In this document: one piece after another, positions 26,637 to 39,100 of the stretch
How positions within the stretch are numbered: position 1 is the stretch's first letter
Layout: every line of letters begins with the position of its first letter
Assembly: GCA_964199315.1 (NCBI GenBank)
Contig: OZ116705.1
Span: 30,442,001-30,506,000, forward strand
Length of the DNA stretch: 64,000 nt
Direction of reading: 5' to 3'
Source: Orbicella franksi
Lineage: Eukaryota
Made by a program: the position numbers and the translations under genes
Notes under the pieces: generated by a model
What the model saw: the letters and a program-made list of their open reading frames with translations, nothing else
The model's database searches: none
What the model was told of the DNA's origin: nothing

Positions 26637-28727
26637 GTTTCAGTTTTTTTTTCCTGCAGTAAATTGGTTTTACAGATTACAAATGCGTTTGTTTACGCAA
26701 CTCTTGTCATTGAATCGGCTTGCGCGCCGTCTACTAACGATTTGTAAAAAATCTCGGCAACGAACGAGTAACTCAGATAGTAGACAAAGAAAGATGTATT
26801 AAAGAACAGATTTTTTTCGAACTACTTTATGTTAGTTGCATTTATTTCACCAGTTGAGTTCTCCAAAATTGTTTTTGCGGTGTGAAATTTCGTGCGAAGT
26901 TTGAAGTTTTACTACAAAAACAATTTCTGTCAGTCGTTGCTTTTAAAATCACTTCGTCACTTTTCTACCGTAAATTGAATAGCAGAAAGCGAGGAAATTC
27001 GTTAAGTGTATTCCACAGAAATTCTTCAAAATACAGCAACGATCAGAGAGGTAAACTCGACTGAAATTGACTCAAATTTTACGGCGAGGGAAACACAGGA
27101 TTACGCGCCATTACAGCGCCAAGCTACAAACAATTAAGCAAACTCTCACAACTTCAAAACACTCAATTGAATTTACTTACAGTGACTTTCCTTGCCATTT
27201 TAAAGTGAACAGAGATAAACTTGCGTTGACTAATCATCGATGGACGTGTAAGAAAGGCAAAAGATTGACGATTACCGCTAACTTTTAGGAGCGAAATTTA
27301 GGCAGCGGGAAAAAAATCCGGCCCGTGGGCCGTATCGTAAAAAGTTGGACCGGTCACATGCGTATGATTAGCCAATCAAATTTGAGGATTTAGGATTCCG
27401 GCCAGCTCAGATGCTTGAGAAAAAAAATAAGAAACCTGTTTTTCAAGTCAAATTAAAATGATGACATATCTCAAATAATATAGTTTTGTTTTCTCTTTCA
27501 AATAGCTAAATCCCCAACTAAAAAGGAAAACGTTCGTGCGAGTAGAATTTCGAATTTCTTCCATAAATAGCGACAGCAGATAATCATATTCAAGTTCAAG
27601 ACTTGATTGGAAACTTTGAATACAACTACCATGATTCCCTTAAGGCGGGTTTCACAGAGGCAGTTGGGAATTCGCATTGTACGTGATAAAAAATATTATT
27701 TCCATCTAGATGAAAACGAACACAAACAGAAACAACAGCAGCACGTTATTTTCACCCTGCTCTATTTTATTGCTACAAGCTTTTGTAACGGTGTGTCTGA
27801 CACTTGTAGTTATTTTCTACGTTAGCACTCTCAAAATACAATTAATAATTACTATAAACGAATGGGAAAAAATGCCTTCTCTATGTTATATTCTTTATCT
27901 ACTTTTTCTAAATCCAATTTACTTGAATAAAATGGGAAATCAAAACCAGCTGGAATCATGTAACTTGCAACTTATCCTGGTATGATGCTCGTGCAATTCA
28001 ATCAATTGAAACTCAGTAACAAGATTCTTCTTCTTAAGGGATAATTTAACGGTTCAGCGCAAGTAGAAGTTATAGCGTAAAATAAACTGCTACCTTGTTC
28101 ATTTTTTACTGAACCACATGTAGTTCAACAACTACAGACTATGATTTATGAAACCAGAATGACTGATGCCCAAATTTTACTCAAGATGTGAACGGATTTA
28201 TTGAGCAAAACTTCGAATTCAGTTTACTAATTAACGTTAATTAAATTTTTCATTCGGCCGCTAGGGATTTACCCTGGACACACACACGTGTTATCTATCC
28301 GATTGGTGGATTAACAACATATGTATTAATTAAAACATAGAGTAAGAAATTCTAATGACAAACATTACTCCTATCACCGTGTTACTGTGACTGAGGTGAA
28401 AGTCTTAAAGGAAATTCAGTTCTCGCAGAAGTCATTGGCTCGGCAAACGTTATAGATTGTTATAACACGGAGCCACGAAACCATACCCTTTAACGGCAAT
28501 TACCAAACAAGTAAGCTCAAAGTAAACTGTTTGTCTTAGACTAAGGATACGTGACTACTCGATTTTGTACTAACCTATTGATTGACACATCATCGGTGAT
28601 ATTGAAATTTTCTGATTATATTGCGTCATAATTTACCAACAGTTTTTATATACCCTTATATAATTGCAAAGGTTTAATTGTTCTGTACAGGGTGCGTAAA
28701 ACTAAGACTGCAAGCTCCACGATTTCT

Positions 28728-30102
28728 TCAGGTAGTTTCATAGAAGACTTCGACTTCGTCAGGACGGTAGTAGGGACTACCCGCCAGGAATGATCGTGTG
28801 AAGGAGGATCCGTAACTGTTGCCAGGTGGCGGGCTGTAGGTGTGTCCAAGGTTCACGGCGTGTGAGTAGGTTCCTGATGCCGCGTTGTTGCTAATGTAAA
28901 TATCGTGTCCTCCTCCAAATGTTGGTCCATAGGAAGAACAGCTGTAGATGGAATAGCTTCTATAATAACTATACTTTCCTGTCTGATCTAGCTTTAATGG
29001 CTGCCAACCAGGCTTATTAACCAATGAGAAGAGAAAGGCTGCTGAATCGTAGCGATATCCACAACTGTAACCTAATTTGAAATACACAATGAAAAAAGAA
29101 GTCCAGCATTAATGATGTTTACTGACACTTTGGACAGTTTAGTAATGACGTATTACCGTCAGCGTTCATTTGATTGGCTCACAAAATTTTACTCTTATTC
29201 GTAGCTCGGCATTATTTCTTGTAGTGTTAATCTTAAGCTGTCTGGTTCCTGTATGTTAAATGTCTCCTGAGTCTTTAATAATTTCAATTCTGGGATAAGC
29301 AAGCCCGGTGGGAGACTGGAAACAGCTGCCCTGATTTCAGACTGAATATAATTTCCATGCCCTGTTTTATAAATTTCATAAAATTAATATCGAGTTGTCA
29401 AGCCGGCTGTCAAATAGCCAGGAACACCAAGGCGTTTTTAAAAAATGCAAGTGTTTCTATCGGCCTGTTTATCTCGATGAGTTATCCAGAAAATTCGTAG
29501 TATCATTGACTTATTTGCCTTTCTTTGGTATTACCCTTTTTTGTTTCCTTGCTTAATTATTTGAAGCGGTTGTACCGCTTCCTATAAAGTTCTTCCATCC
29601 CGATATCTCCCTAAAACCGTCACGAATCAGAAAATTGCGCGTAAACACAGCAAGGATTACACCATAGAAGTAAGATAAGGCATTTTTTAAAGAATTTTCT
29701 AGCACTTAACTATCCCAAACCATATTGTAAATATTCCCTTTTTTAAATTCTTTTTGAAACTCTTATCCCATATTTCTCCGTGACCGCTGTTGCGAAATAT
29801 GATCATGGCCGACTCACAGCTTGAGCTTGGGTCGCCTGTGATAAGATCAAATTGATCACGTCACTTACTCCATGAGACACTTGTGTATCCTCCAAAAATA
29901 TATTTTCCAACACGGATGATTGTGACAGTTGGACCTTTGCCGTCACAGTATGAATGGAAGGTATAGGAAGACCAGCCATTTACAGTTGCCCGGTAACAGC
30001 GATTCCAGTAAGAAGATTGGCGAGTCACAGGCTTCAACCATTTATCCAGCCATGTCAAAAAGTTTTGGTTGTTTCCCACAATGCTGGAATATTTAAGACC
30101 CG
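28728..30102 (-). other. TLDc domain (last two exons of the multidomain gene)
   Basis: [39 protein letters not shown]...AFLFSL...[13 protein letters not shown]...EVEVFY are TLDc hallmark motifs. Confidence 0.85.
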
Positions 30103-33100
30103 CTGCAAAAATAACATATAAGAACGTTCTTTGGATCCATTTTGTACCTATCATTTGTTTTAGTGGACCATGTTGAAAGTTGGTTTTGCTAAGAGTTAAT
30201 AACACTGTCATCTTCACCAGTTATAAGGTGACCATCATTGCTTACACCGTAAATGTGACGCTAACTAAACTGGATGTTCTGTTTGTTGGAAACATATTTT
30301 ATATGTGGTCGTTATATGCCACTGTGCAACTTAAAATATTTTTTATCTGGAATATCACTGCCTACATTTTGGGTCGCAGAGATCAATACTCTCAATAGAT
30401 GATTTTAAATCCTGAACAGGAAAATATTCGGAGAGTATTTGTCAGGAAAACGTCATATCATTACCAATGCTCCACGCCGACCTCAGAATTCTCAATGGAA
30501 AAACCAGCGGCAGATAAAGTCACGAAATTTGACAGATTTTTTAAATATTTAAATTTTGAAAAAAAGCTATTAATGGTTTAAGTCCACGTGGGCTGTTTCC
30601 GCTCCACACCCCACCGCTGTCCTTTCTAAGTGCGGTTAATGTTAATGTCAAAGCGTGTCTGTGGTCGCGAGGAGATAGCAAACAACATTAATGACTCGCG
30701 TTTTCTTTTAATTGCAATAGCAACAGACCTTGCAATATGACAAACTGATCCAAGGTGGAAACGAGAATTCTGATTGGTCCCTGAGCGGTCCGAGGTTTGC
30801 ACTACTGACCGCTAAGACGCACCATTCACGAAGTAGTTTTGGCAAATTGCTTTTCTTGGAAGCATTTCACAGAAGACAGCAGTTTGTAATTAAGACAAAA
30901 TCTCAGGGTCTTTTTTTGTTTGTTTTTTGACATCATATTTGGTGGACAACTTGAGCTTAATTCCGACCGCTGCAACATGAATTGAAGTACAATCAACGTG
31001 AAATACTCACCTGCCGCGGTGTACCTGCAGGTTTTTCCGTCTCCTGATAAAGGATGGTTACACGTACATGTGTAGGATCCTACAGTGTTCGTACATGAAG
31101 CTGAACGGTGGCAGTCGTGTACACCGCTGACACACTCATCGATATCTGTGGGTAATAATGAACAGGGAAGAAGAAAGAAAACAAACATAAATTATGTTAT
31201 ACTTTGTCACAAAAAGTGTTTTATTGTCTAAAGTAAGAAGCTTTCGTTGGTAGTACTTTAGTAGTACTTTATCGTAAATTCTATAGCACGTGTCGTGAAT
31301 AGAGGCTTACCATGTCTATTAATAAATCTCTCAAGAGAAACAATCCTTGTTGTAGAGCGTTGTCATGGCAATCATATTGCTGTTCCTGGTCACATGTTTG
31401 CATATCAAAAGATCCCGTTTTTCAAAGAACGTATGAGAAATGTCATTTTTTGGGGATCTATAGTTTATACCCTTGAGGTTTTTTCCGTGAATAGAGCAAG
31501 AATAAACATCCACTCTTTTTTTATGTTACATCCAAAACGAGAGTGAGCTCATTAAAAATCATAAATATATTTTACATACTATAAATTGGTTACCGTGTGG
31601 CACGACATTTTTGGAGGAGTTTAATTTTTCGGATCGGCGATACTTTTTGCTTTTTTTTTGCGGGAATTATTTCTGGGATTGTGAAAGACTGGATATTCGT
31701 GCTGGGTATTCGTGAATTTTGTAATGTTGAGAAAGTGGCATTTGCTGCGTTTTTTTGTTGCACTTTACGGTAAGCTGTAAAGCGCGGTAAGGCGCGGTAG
31801 ACTCATGTATGGTTAATTACCTCGTCTCAGGATCGAGCGGCCCGGATTCGAGACCTGACCGGAGACACTGCGTTGTGTTCTTCGACAAGTAACTTAACTT
31901 CTCCACCAAGGTGTTTAAATGGGTACCGGCGAACTGAATAGTGGGGTTAACCCTGCGGTGGACTAGCCTCCCGTAGAGGGGGGATTACAAACATTCGTTG
32001 TTGCTTCTTGCTACGCGGAAACTGGGATAAGCTCCGGCCTGATAACATGGGCCACTTGGCTCGTACGCAAACTTTCCCTTCACGGCAATCAAGTAGCCAG
32101 TCACTCTGGAACAATTACATCCTGCCCCAGTCTGGCTGGTAGTGCCTTCAGATGATCTTTTTCTGTCAAGTTTTAGCAACTACACCTGTCGTGTACCACT
32201 GGCAATTTCATCGTTTTATTTAAAGACGTTTTAAATAAATGGCATCAACAAGATTCTGCATGTGAGGCTTGTTTGTATAATTTCGACAATGGAGTAAAAT
32301 TTTGTTTGCGAATTGTGGAAAAAATGCAACTTGAAAATTGCAAAAATTAGGACCAGAAAAAATTTCGTCCCATACTGTGGGCGTATAGCTTGATTTTCAT
32401 GTGGTATCATTTCATTTCGCAGTATTTTTTTAGTTCTTGTTAAGCAGATATAACTTACCAGTGCAATTTTTGCCATCTCCTGAGTATCCAGGTTTGCACG
32501 CGCAAGTGTAAGATCCACGAGTATTGTTACAAACAGCATTCGCATTACAGTTATGAGAGTTTGAAGAGCACTCATCTATGTCTAAAACAAGATTAAAGGA
32601 GTAAATATGGATAAACGTTGAGTTGTCGTTAGTCTGACCATTTCACAGAGACTAAAAAAGAAGCACACAGCTCTCTGATTCATTCTCTGTTTTTGGATGA
32701 TTTATATTACCCTGGTTATAAACCACTGGCGCAGGCATCGAAACTATTAAAAAGTAAAGCTACTACAGGGTTGAACCTTTTTTTCTATCCGCCTTCTCAT
32801 TACACAAGAGCGGTTGATTACAGTTTCTTTTAAACCTATCAATCCAGGAGAAATTTCATAGTTGTTGAAAATAAAGTGAAATTGTTATTAAATTCAGTAT
32901 CCACATCGAATATTGTTTGTTTCAGTATTGCTTGATTAGTAGTATCAACATCTAATGTTGTTTGTTTGATGGTTGGTTGGTAGATTTCTTACCATTACAA
33001 GTTTGTCCGTCTCCGGTATATCCAGCTCTACACTTACAGGAATATGAGCCCACGGTATTCACACAATCTGCATTCACGTCACAGTTATGAGTGTTGGTGG

Positions 33101-36100
33101 AGCATTCCTCCAAATCTGCAACAATTAAATTGGGAAAAAATGAAATAGTCATCAAATAAACGAATAATGTTTAAAGTATTGCTTTGTAAGAAATTATTTT
33201 GAAAATGAACCATGGATTTTTTGAGGGTGCAAGATTATCCTGGCTAAATTCTGGGAGTCTACCATGTTTTTTTATAAGTAGATTACAATGTAGTTTAACA
33301 GCATTAAGCAAGAGATTAATCACCTGTAAAGCAAGTAAAGTTGAAGCATTTATCGCATGGCACGTCATTCCAAGTGTATCCATGCCTCACGCCAAGAGTG
33401 TGCACACAGTCTCCGTTGTTCCAGTTGTTTGGTTGCTGTGGAGCCCAGAACCTAAAACTGCTAATTTCTTTGTTTGTCCACACAAAAGAGCCTTCAACAC
33501 TGCGGTCATTCAGCCCTATCCATGATCTATCGCCAGCATGACGGTGCTGAATATATACGTTTTCCTCCTGGTTGTGCACTGTAACCAGATCAGAGTTCAT
33601 CTCAGAACAGTTTGACTCAGCAGTCAACCATGTTGCGCATGCGGGGCTTGAAAAGTAGCAATAACCACCAAAGTAAGTCCATCCTGGCTGGCAAATGTCT
33701 GTAGATGTAAACAACAATAAATCCATAAAAAGTAAGAGAAATCATTAAGAGTGTCTTGAATGTTTTTAAAGGAAATAGTTGTTTGTCATATTTCTGCAAA
33801 GCCTTCAAATGTTTTGGCATTTTTACTCCTGACTGAAACATTGGACGTCATTTGCCATGAAATTAACTTCTAACAATCAAATTCAAGAAATGGCCGGATA
33901 AAATCCTATTTTTAACAGTGTAAGTGACAGAAGTTACTAAAATATGACTACTAAAAGAGCTAAACTACTGATTTAGACATTAGTAAAATTAACAATGAAT
34001 TATTTTGTCTGTACCTGACAGGACAGTGTATGAGATAGACAGTGGATCATACTTTGTGTCGTACAACTCTTTTAAACAAACTCGCACACCGGTCGTATTG
34101 ATGTACTGCAAAAAAAAAAGAACAAAAATAATCAGTGGTCTTCTAAACTGAAGTCGAAAAGATAATTTTCACAACGCTCACGGTGATATTCTGAAATATT
34201 ATTTACTCTTCGGAAGAAAAAGCAAACTCATACCTCCCTTGGGTTTTCGTTTTAGTAAGACATATCAACATTATATCATTTGCATCTTGTAGGTATCCCT
34301 CAACTTTCTGTACAACAGGAAATGTTTTTGTCGATTTTGACTTCGGTTGTCTTGAAGACGCCATCTTGTATTTTACGATTTTCCCCGCATTCAATTTGAT
34401 GGAAAATAACGGATGTAAAAGGGTACGATACTAATTCTGCATTGATGTTCCCCCTTAAAAAATTGGAAAAAACCAAGAACTCTTTCAAATAGACGAAATT
34501 TGGTTCGACTGGCCTGTCAAAAATGCAGTTGCTATGGAAATGCCCAAAGACGTGAAGAAACAGAATTACCTCCACCCAAGCAGTTATTCCATTGTGTAGT
34601 GGTTGTCGATTTCCACCGCTAGACGAATGGTTCGCGGAAACGAACACATTCGGGGTGCTGTTGTACTTTTCAGTAAAGCGGATATCCTAAAGAAAAACTC
34701 TCATTAAGCAAGCAGGGTGTTATTCAACTTTGGCCACTAGCAAACTGAATTTTATAATAACCTACTGAGTGAGTATTGTTTAAATTGACACTGTTCTGTA
34801 GGATCTGTACACTAACTCTTAAATTTTTGAAAAAGTAATTCTAAGCAAGCTCTCTAGTATACGTAAGACGAAAAAGATACCAACCTTGCAGTAGGCATTG
34901 TTGTAATCTGCAGGTGGATGTTGGGCGTTAGCAAAATAGACTGAATCATGTTCTGTAAAAAGAGGCTTGTGGAGAGAAGAAAATGCCAACCATTTCTAAA
35001 AGACAAAAATAAATAAATGTTAACTAGAAAATTGAGATGGGAATAGTATTTTTTCGAAAAATTAAGTGAGATAGCCATAACCAAACGTCTAAATCAACAT
35101 TCTATTTCTTCTTAATATGTGCCGATGTTAAAGTATGCTAGAGACTTAGCTACTAATGCTAAAGACCAGTGTTAAGAGGCTAAAGTAAGTGATAAGGATC
35201 TCTCAATACCTAATGTTTGGTACATAAAAAAGGTGTAGACACTTACAGCATAAACATCGTCGTGAGATCCTGCGTAGTTCTGAAGCTCTCTCAAACAAAC
35301 TTTAAACGAGGATTGCGTGACGTCTTCAATCCACACACTCGCAGCGTCACGCTTGAGTCCTGCACGATAGTGCGCTGCGGTAACAAACACTGAAGGTGTC
35401 ACTGAAAACTTTCCCTGCATAGAAAACAAACAAAACACAAGCTGTTACTGTTGATGTTCCACTTACTCATGCTACTACTGTTGTTGTTGTTACCTTAGTA
35501 CTGTTTAACATTAGCGAAGATTTGAAAATCTAGTGATGGCTAATGCTCTAATGGCTAAGTGATAGGTGACATTTTAGGTCCATTAGTCCAAAGGAAATCA
35601 TGTCATATTGAAATAAATCCGATGACTGTAAACTACTCGAAATTGTTCTTCGGGAACTTGAGTTGTAAAATGAAACGAGAAAGTACTTACCGATGGAAAA
35701 TTGACAGATTTACAAGTCGTCCCAGTCCACCATTGTGATATCCGTACTTCCCCGGCAACACCACCCACTGGAGCCCCTTGGTACGCCATCCAATCAACTG
35801 TCACGTTAGCTTTTGATTTCCGCTCATTGTAGCCTGCCGCCATCACACACGCGGTGAATCGATCATAACTGACATTCTCAACCCACGACACAGCGGCATC
35901 ATGTACATATGACTTGTCACTGGTGTCAACATGATTGACAGTGATCTGAACTTCAAGTGGTTTGTAAGGATAAAACACATAAGGCTTGAGGCGAATTACT
36001 TCACAATGAGAATATCCCAGTGAAGGAATGTGTGGCATGTGACGGCGACCTCGCTGGAAAGGAAAACCTTTAAAAAAAAGAACAGTACAAAACACTAATC

Positions 36101-39100
36101 AGTACAAACGATTTACACTACCCAGGTTTTTTCATCGTAATCATCATTATCCTCTTCGACATTGTCAGAAATTTCAGCCTAAAAAAATTTCTAACCTTCA
36201 CAACTACCAGGGTGTTGCACAGAGAAATTCAGTCGCTGAATGCACATTTCCTGTCGAAACAAACACTCATTGTCGTATGTTGTGCCATTTGGTGAGCAGA
36301 CTGGTTCTTGGTAGGATGGACAACTGTCAACAGCAACGCAGCGAGCATCATTTGGTCCAAACGCTTTACACAGGCAATGATAATGACATGTCACGTCGAT
36401 GCAAGGATCCAAGTCTGGCGGGAGATATAAACAATCAGAGCAATTGTGAAGAAAGGATTTGATCTTCTAGTACACGCTTGCTTGATAGTTATCCACACTT
36501 CCGTCTTCCCTGTGTGGGTTTGCAAGGTTTTATAAATATTATTGCAATGAGCAACACCGCTGAGGGGTAAAGAGAATGTTAAATATACCAAGTGATTTTT
36601 CTATCTCCAGATGGAATCTTTTTGCCTACCTCCAGTGACCATGTAGTCGACAGTGATAACATCTTTATTGTTGGCGTCGCTGTCGTAATTCTTCACACAC
36701 ACTTGTGCATCAGTTGTAGATGTATGCTGAATAAAACAAAAAAGAATTAAACCCGGCCTGGTTCATGTTGTTATAGTACGCCAGAAAAGTATTTTTAAAA
36801 AAAACTGATATAAACGAAAGTTACAGTGAAACAAAAACTCGCTAAAATCGCTTTGAAACGGCCCCGAAACAGCGTAGAAACACAAGTCACAAACAGAAGA
36901 GTTCAAGTAATCGCTTTTATTTAATTTTGCTTCCATACGTCGAGCTGTTATATGCGAATGTTACATTCCCATATATACTGTTATATTTACGTTGTTACGC
37001 AATGTCATATAATGTTCACGGGTCCCGAGGAACTTGGGAAATTTGTGCCATTACCTGATGAGTGTTTGCTAAACTCACAAAAGGTAAAAGGTAAAGTCTG
37101 CATGCGAGCCAAGTGGCCCATCAGGCCGGAGCTTATCCCGGTTTCTGTAGCATGAAGCGACTAGGAGTATTTCTACTCCCCCCTGGATGGGATGCTAGTC
37201 CATCGCAGGGTTACCCCCAGCATTAAGTTCGCTGGTACCCATTTATACACCTGGGTGGAGAGAGGCACTGTGAGAGTAAAGTGTCTTGCCCAAGAACACA
37301 ACACAATGTCCCCGGCCAGGGCTCGAACCCGGACCGCTCGATCCGGAGACGAGCGCACTAACCATGAGGCCACCGCGCCTCCCAAACTCACAAAAACATC
37401 ACAAGAATTATTCCTTACCTCAACCCAAGCGGTGACAGCGTTACAACGTGACCCAGAAAGATTAGCATTGTTGTTGTTGTCAGTGCGTTTTGGCGTCACT
37501 AACACAACAGGACGAGCATAAAATGGTTTTGTAAAGTTCACTGTCTGCAATGTAAAAGAAAAAAATAATTTAATATCGACTGTATTCCCGCGAGACTCTT
37601 TTAGAGGTAAGGTTGATAAATAATCTGGATTGGTATTTATAATGCGCTGATTCCAGTGTTTGGATTCCAAATCACAGCGGCTTTGACTTGAACAGGGCCG
37701 ACCTGCACCGTTTACAACGGTCTTCATGATTGGCCAAGCGAGACAATAGTTATACAACACAAACAATGCCCCTAGCCCTAGAAACAAAAGAGGTACAGAT
37801 TGACAAGAACGAATCAAAACAGAAGTTTTAAAGAGGTGCAGGTCATCTGTTTGAACAAGAGGAAAAGTATGTTTGATTGGGTCTCAGAAACTATTTATGA
37901 CAAATTTTGTGGGCCCACAGTTCAAATAGTTACATGTTAACAGTCAATTTTAACTTCCTCCATTGTAATGAAAGCATTGCTGTTGTTGTCCTTTTGATGC
38001 CCTATTATAAAGAGGATTTAGATAAGAAACAATAATGCCGCGGGCTGGCAATAATTATTCTTACTTGACAGAAAGCGTAGTTATCCTGATCAGATGGTGA
38101 GTTTGTATTGGCAAACACGAGACTGTCGGTTATGGTAAAATTGTCAACACTCAGATTTGTAAATGCCATCCAATTCTGCAGAACAAATAAAAGATATTGT
38201 ATTTAAAACCTGCCAATTATTCAAGAAATAAAAACATGCACAATTAAGGACTGTTTTAACCAACGTACAAGAGTACATGAAATTATCAGCAAGATACGCA
38301 AACCCAGTAAGATGTTGATAATTTGCCTTTTTTCAGAAAAAAAAATCTATAAAAGAAGCAACTCTCCTTGTGTATGCATTCAGCTGCTTCCAGTCAACGG
38401 TTTCTAACACATGATTTCTACAAGTAGCTTGAGGTTTATTAAAGAGCTAACAAAAACATATTTTCTCTGTATTGTTTTCTTTTGAAAGCCAACGATTGAT
38501 GTTTCGTACTGGTGCAAAAAAGACTCATTTGGAACAGCTTGAAAATGGAAGATGATCGGGCACGTCACATGGGAAGTTGACCTCTGATATATTTGGAACA
38601 TCGTAACGCATGTAAATATTTCAGAATGCTGTTCTTTAGTCAGGGGTCATCATGGTTTTCATTCAACTTTGATGAAGTGCATATCTTTGGCAGAGCGTAG
38701 TTGATTAGAATGACAAGTGACAGAAAACGAAATTTAAATTTACTCACTATCTTAATGCCTTTATGGAGTCCATCGAAAATCTTTGCTTGTCTGAGACAAA
38801 TTTTGAAATTGTCCACGCGCAACTCCTCCACCCACACGGCCATGGCATCTTGAGGTCTCTTAGGAACTTGGTGACTAGCAGTTACAAATATGGTTGGAGG
38901 AGTAGAAAACCGCTGAAATGATATAATGAGAGAAGTTAAGACTAGTAAATTAATCGAGTGCATGCCTTGGTGAATGACCGCATGAACAGATCAGCGAACA
39001 TGTGAATGATCAATAATGAGAGAATGCGTGAATGCTTGCTTGAGCCTTCAAATGTTCTTCAACTTACAGACATTTTAAAAATACAAAATGCCTCAAATAA

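Noticed and set aside
27607-27825. Signal-peptide-like stretch VIFTLLYFIATSFCNG before a GT
   Set aside because: No suitable nearby ATG in frame and no downstream exons found.
34203-34394. ORF with an aagATGGCG start inside a lectin-gene intron
   Set aside because: Short, no recognisable domain and no supporting splice partners.
37173-37817. 214-aa ORF, the longest in the track
   Set aside because: A chance read-through of intron, one 126-nt exon and an antisense SINE.
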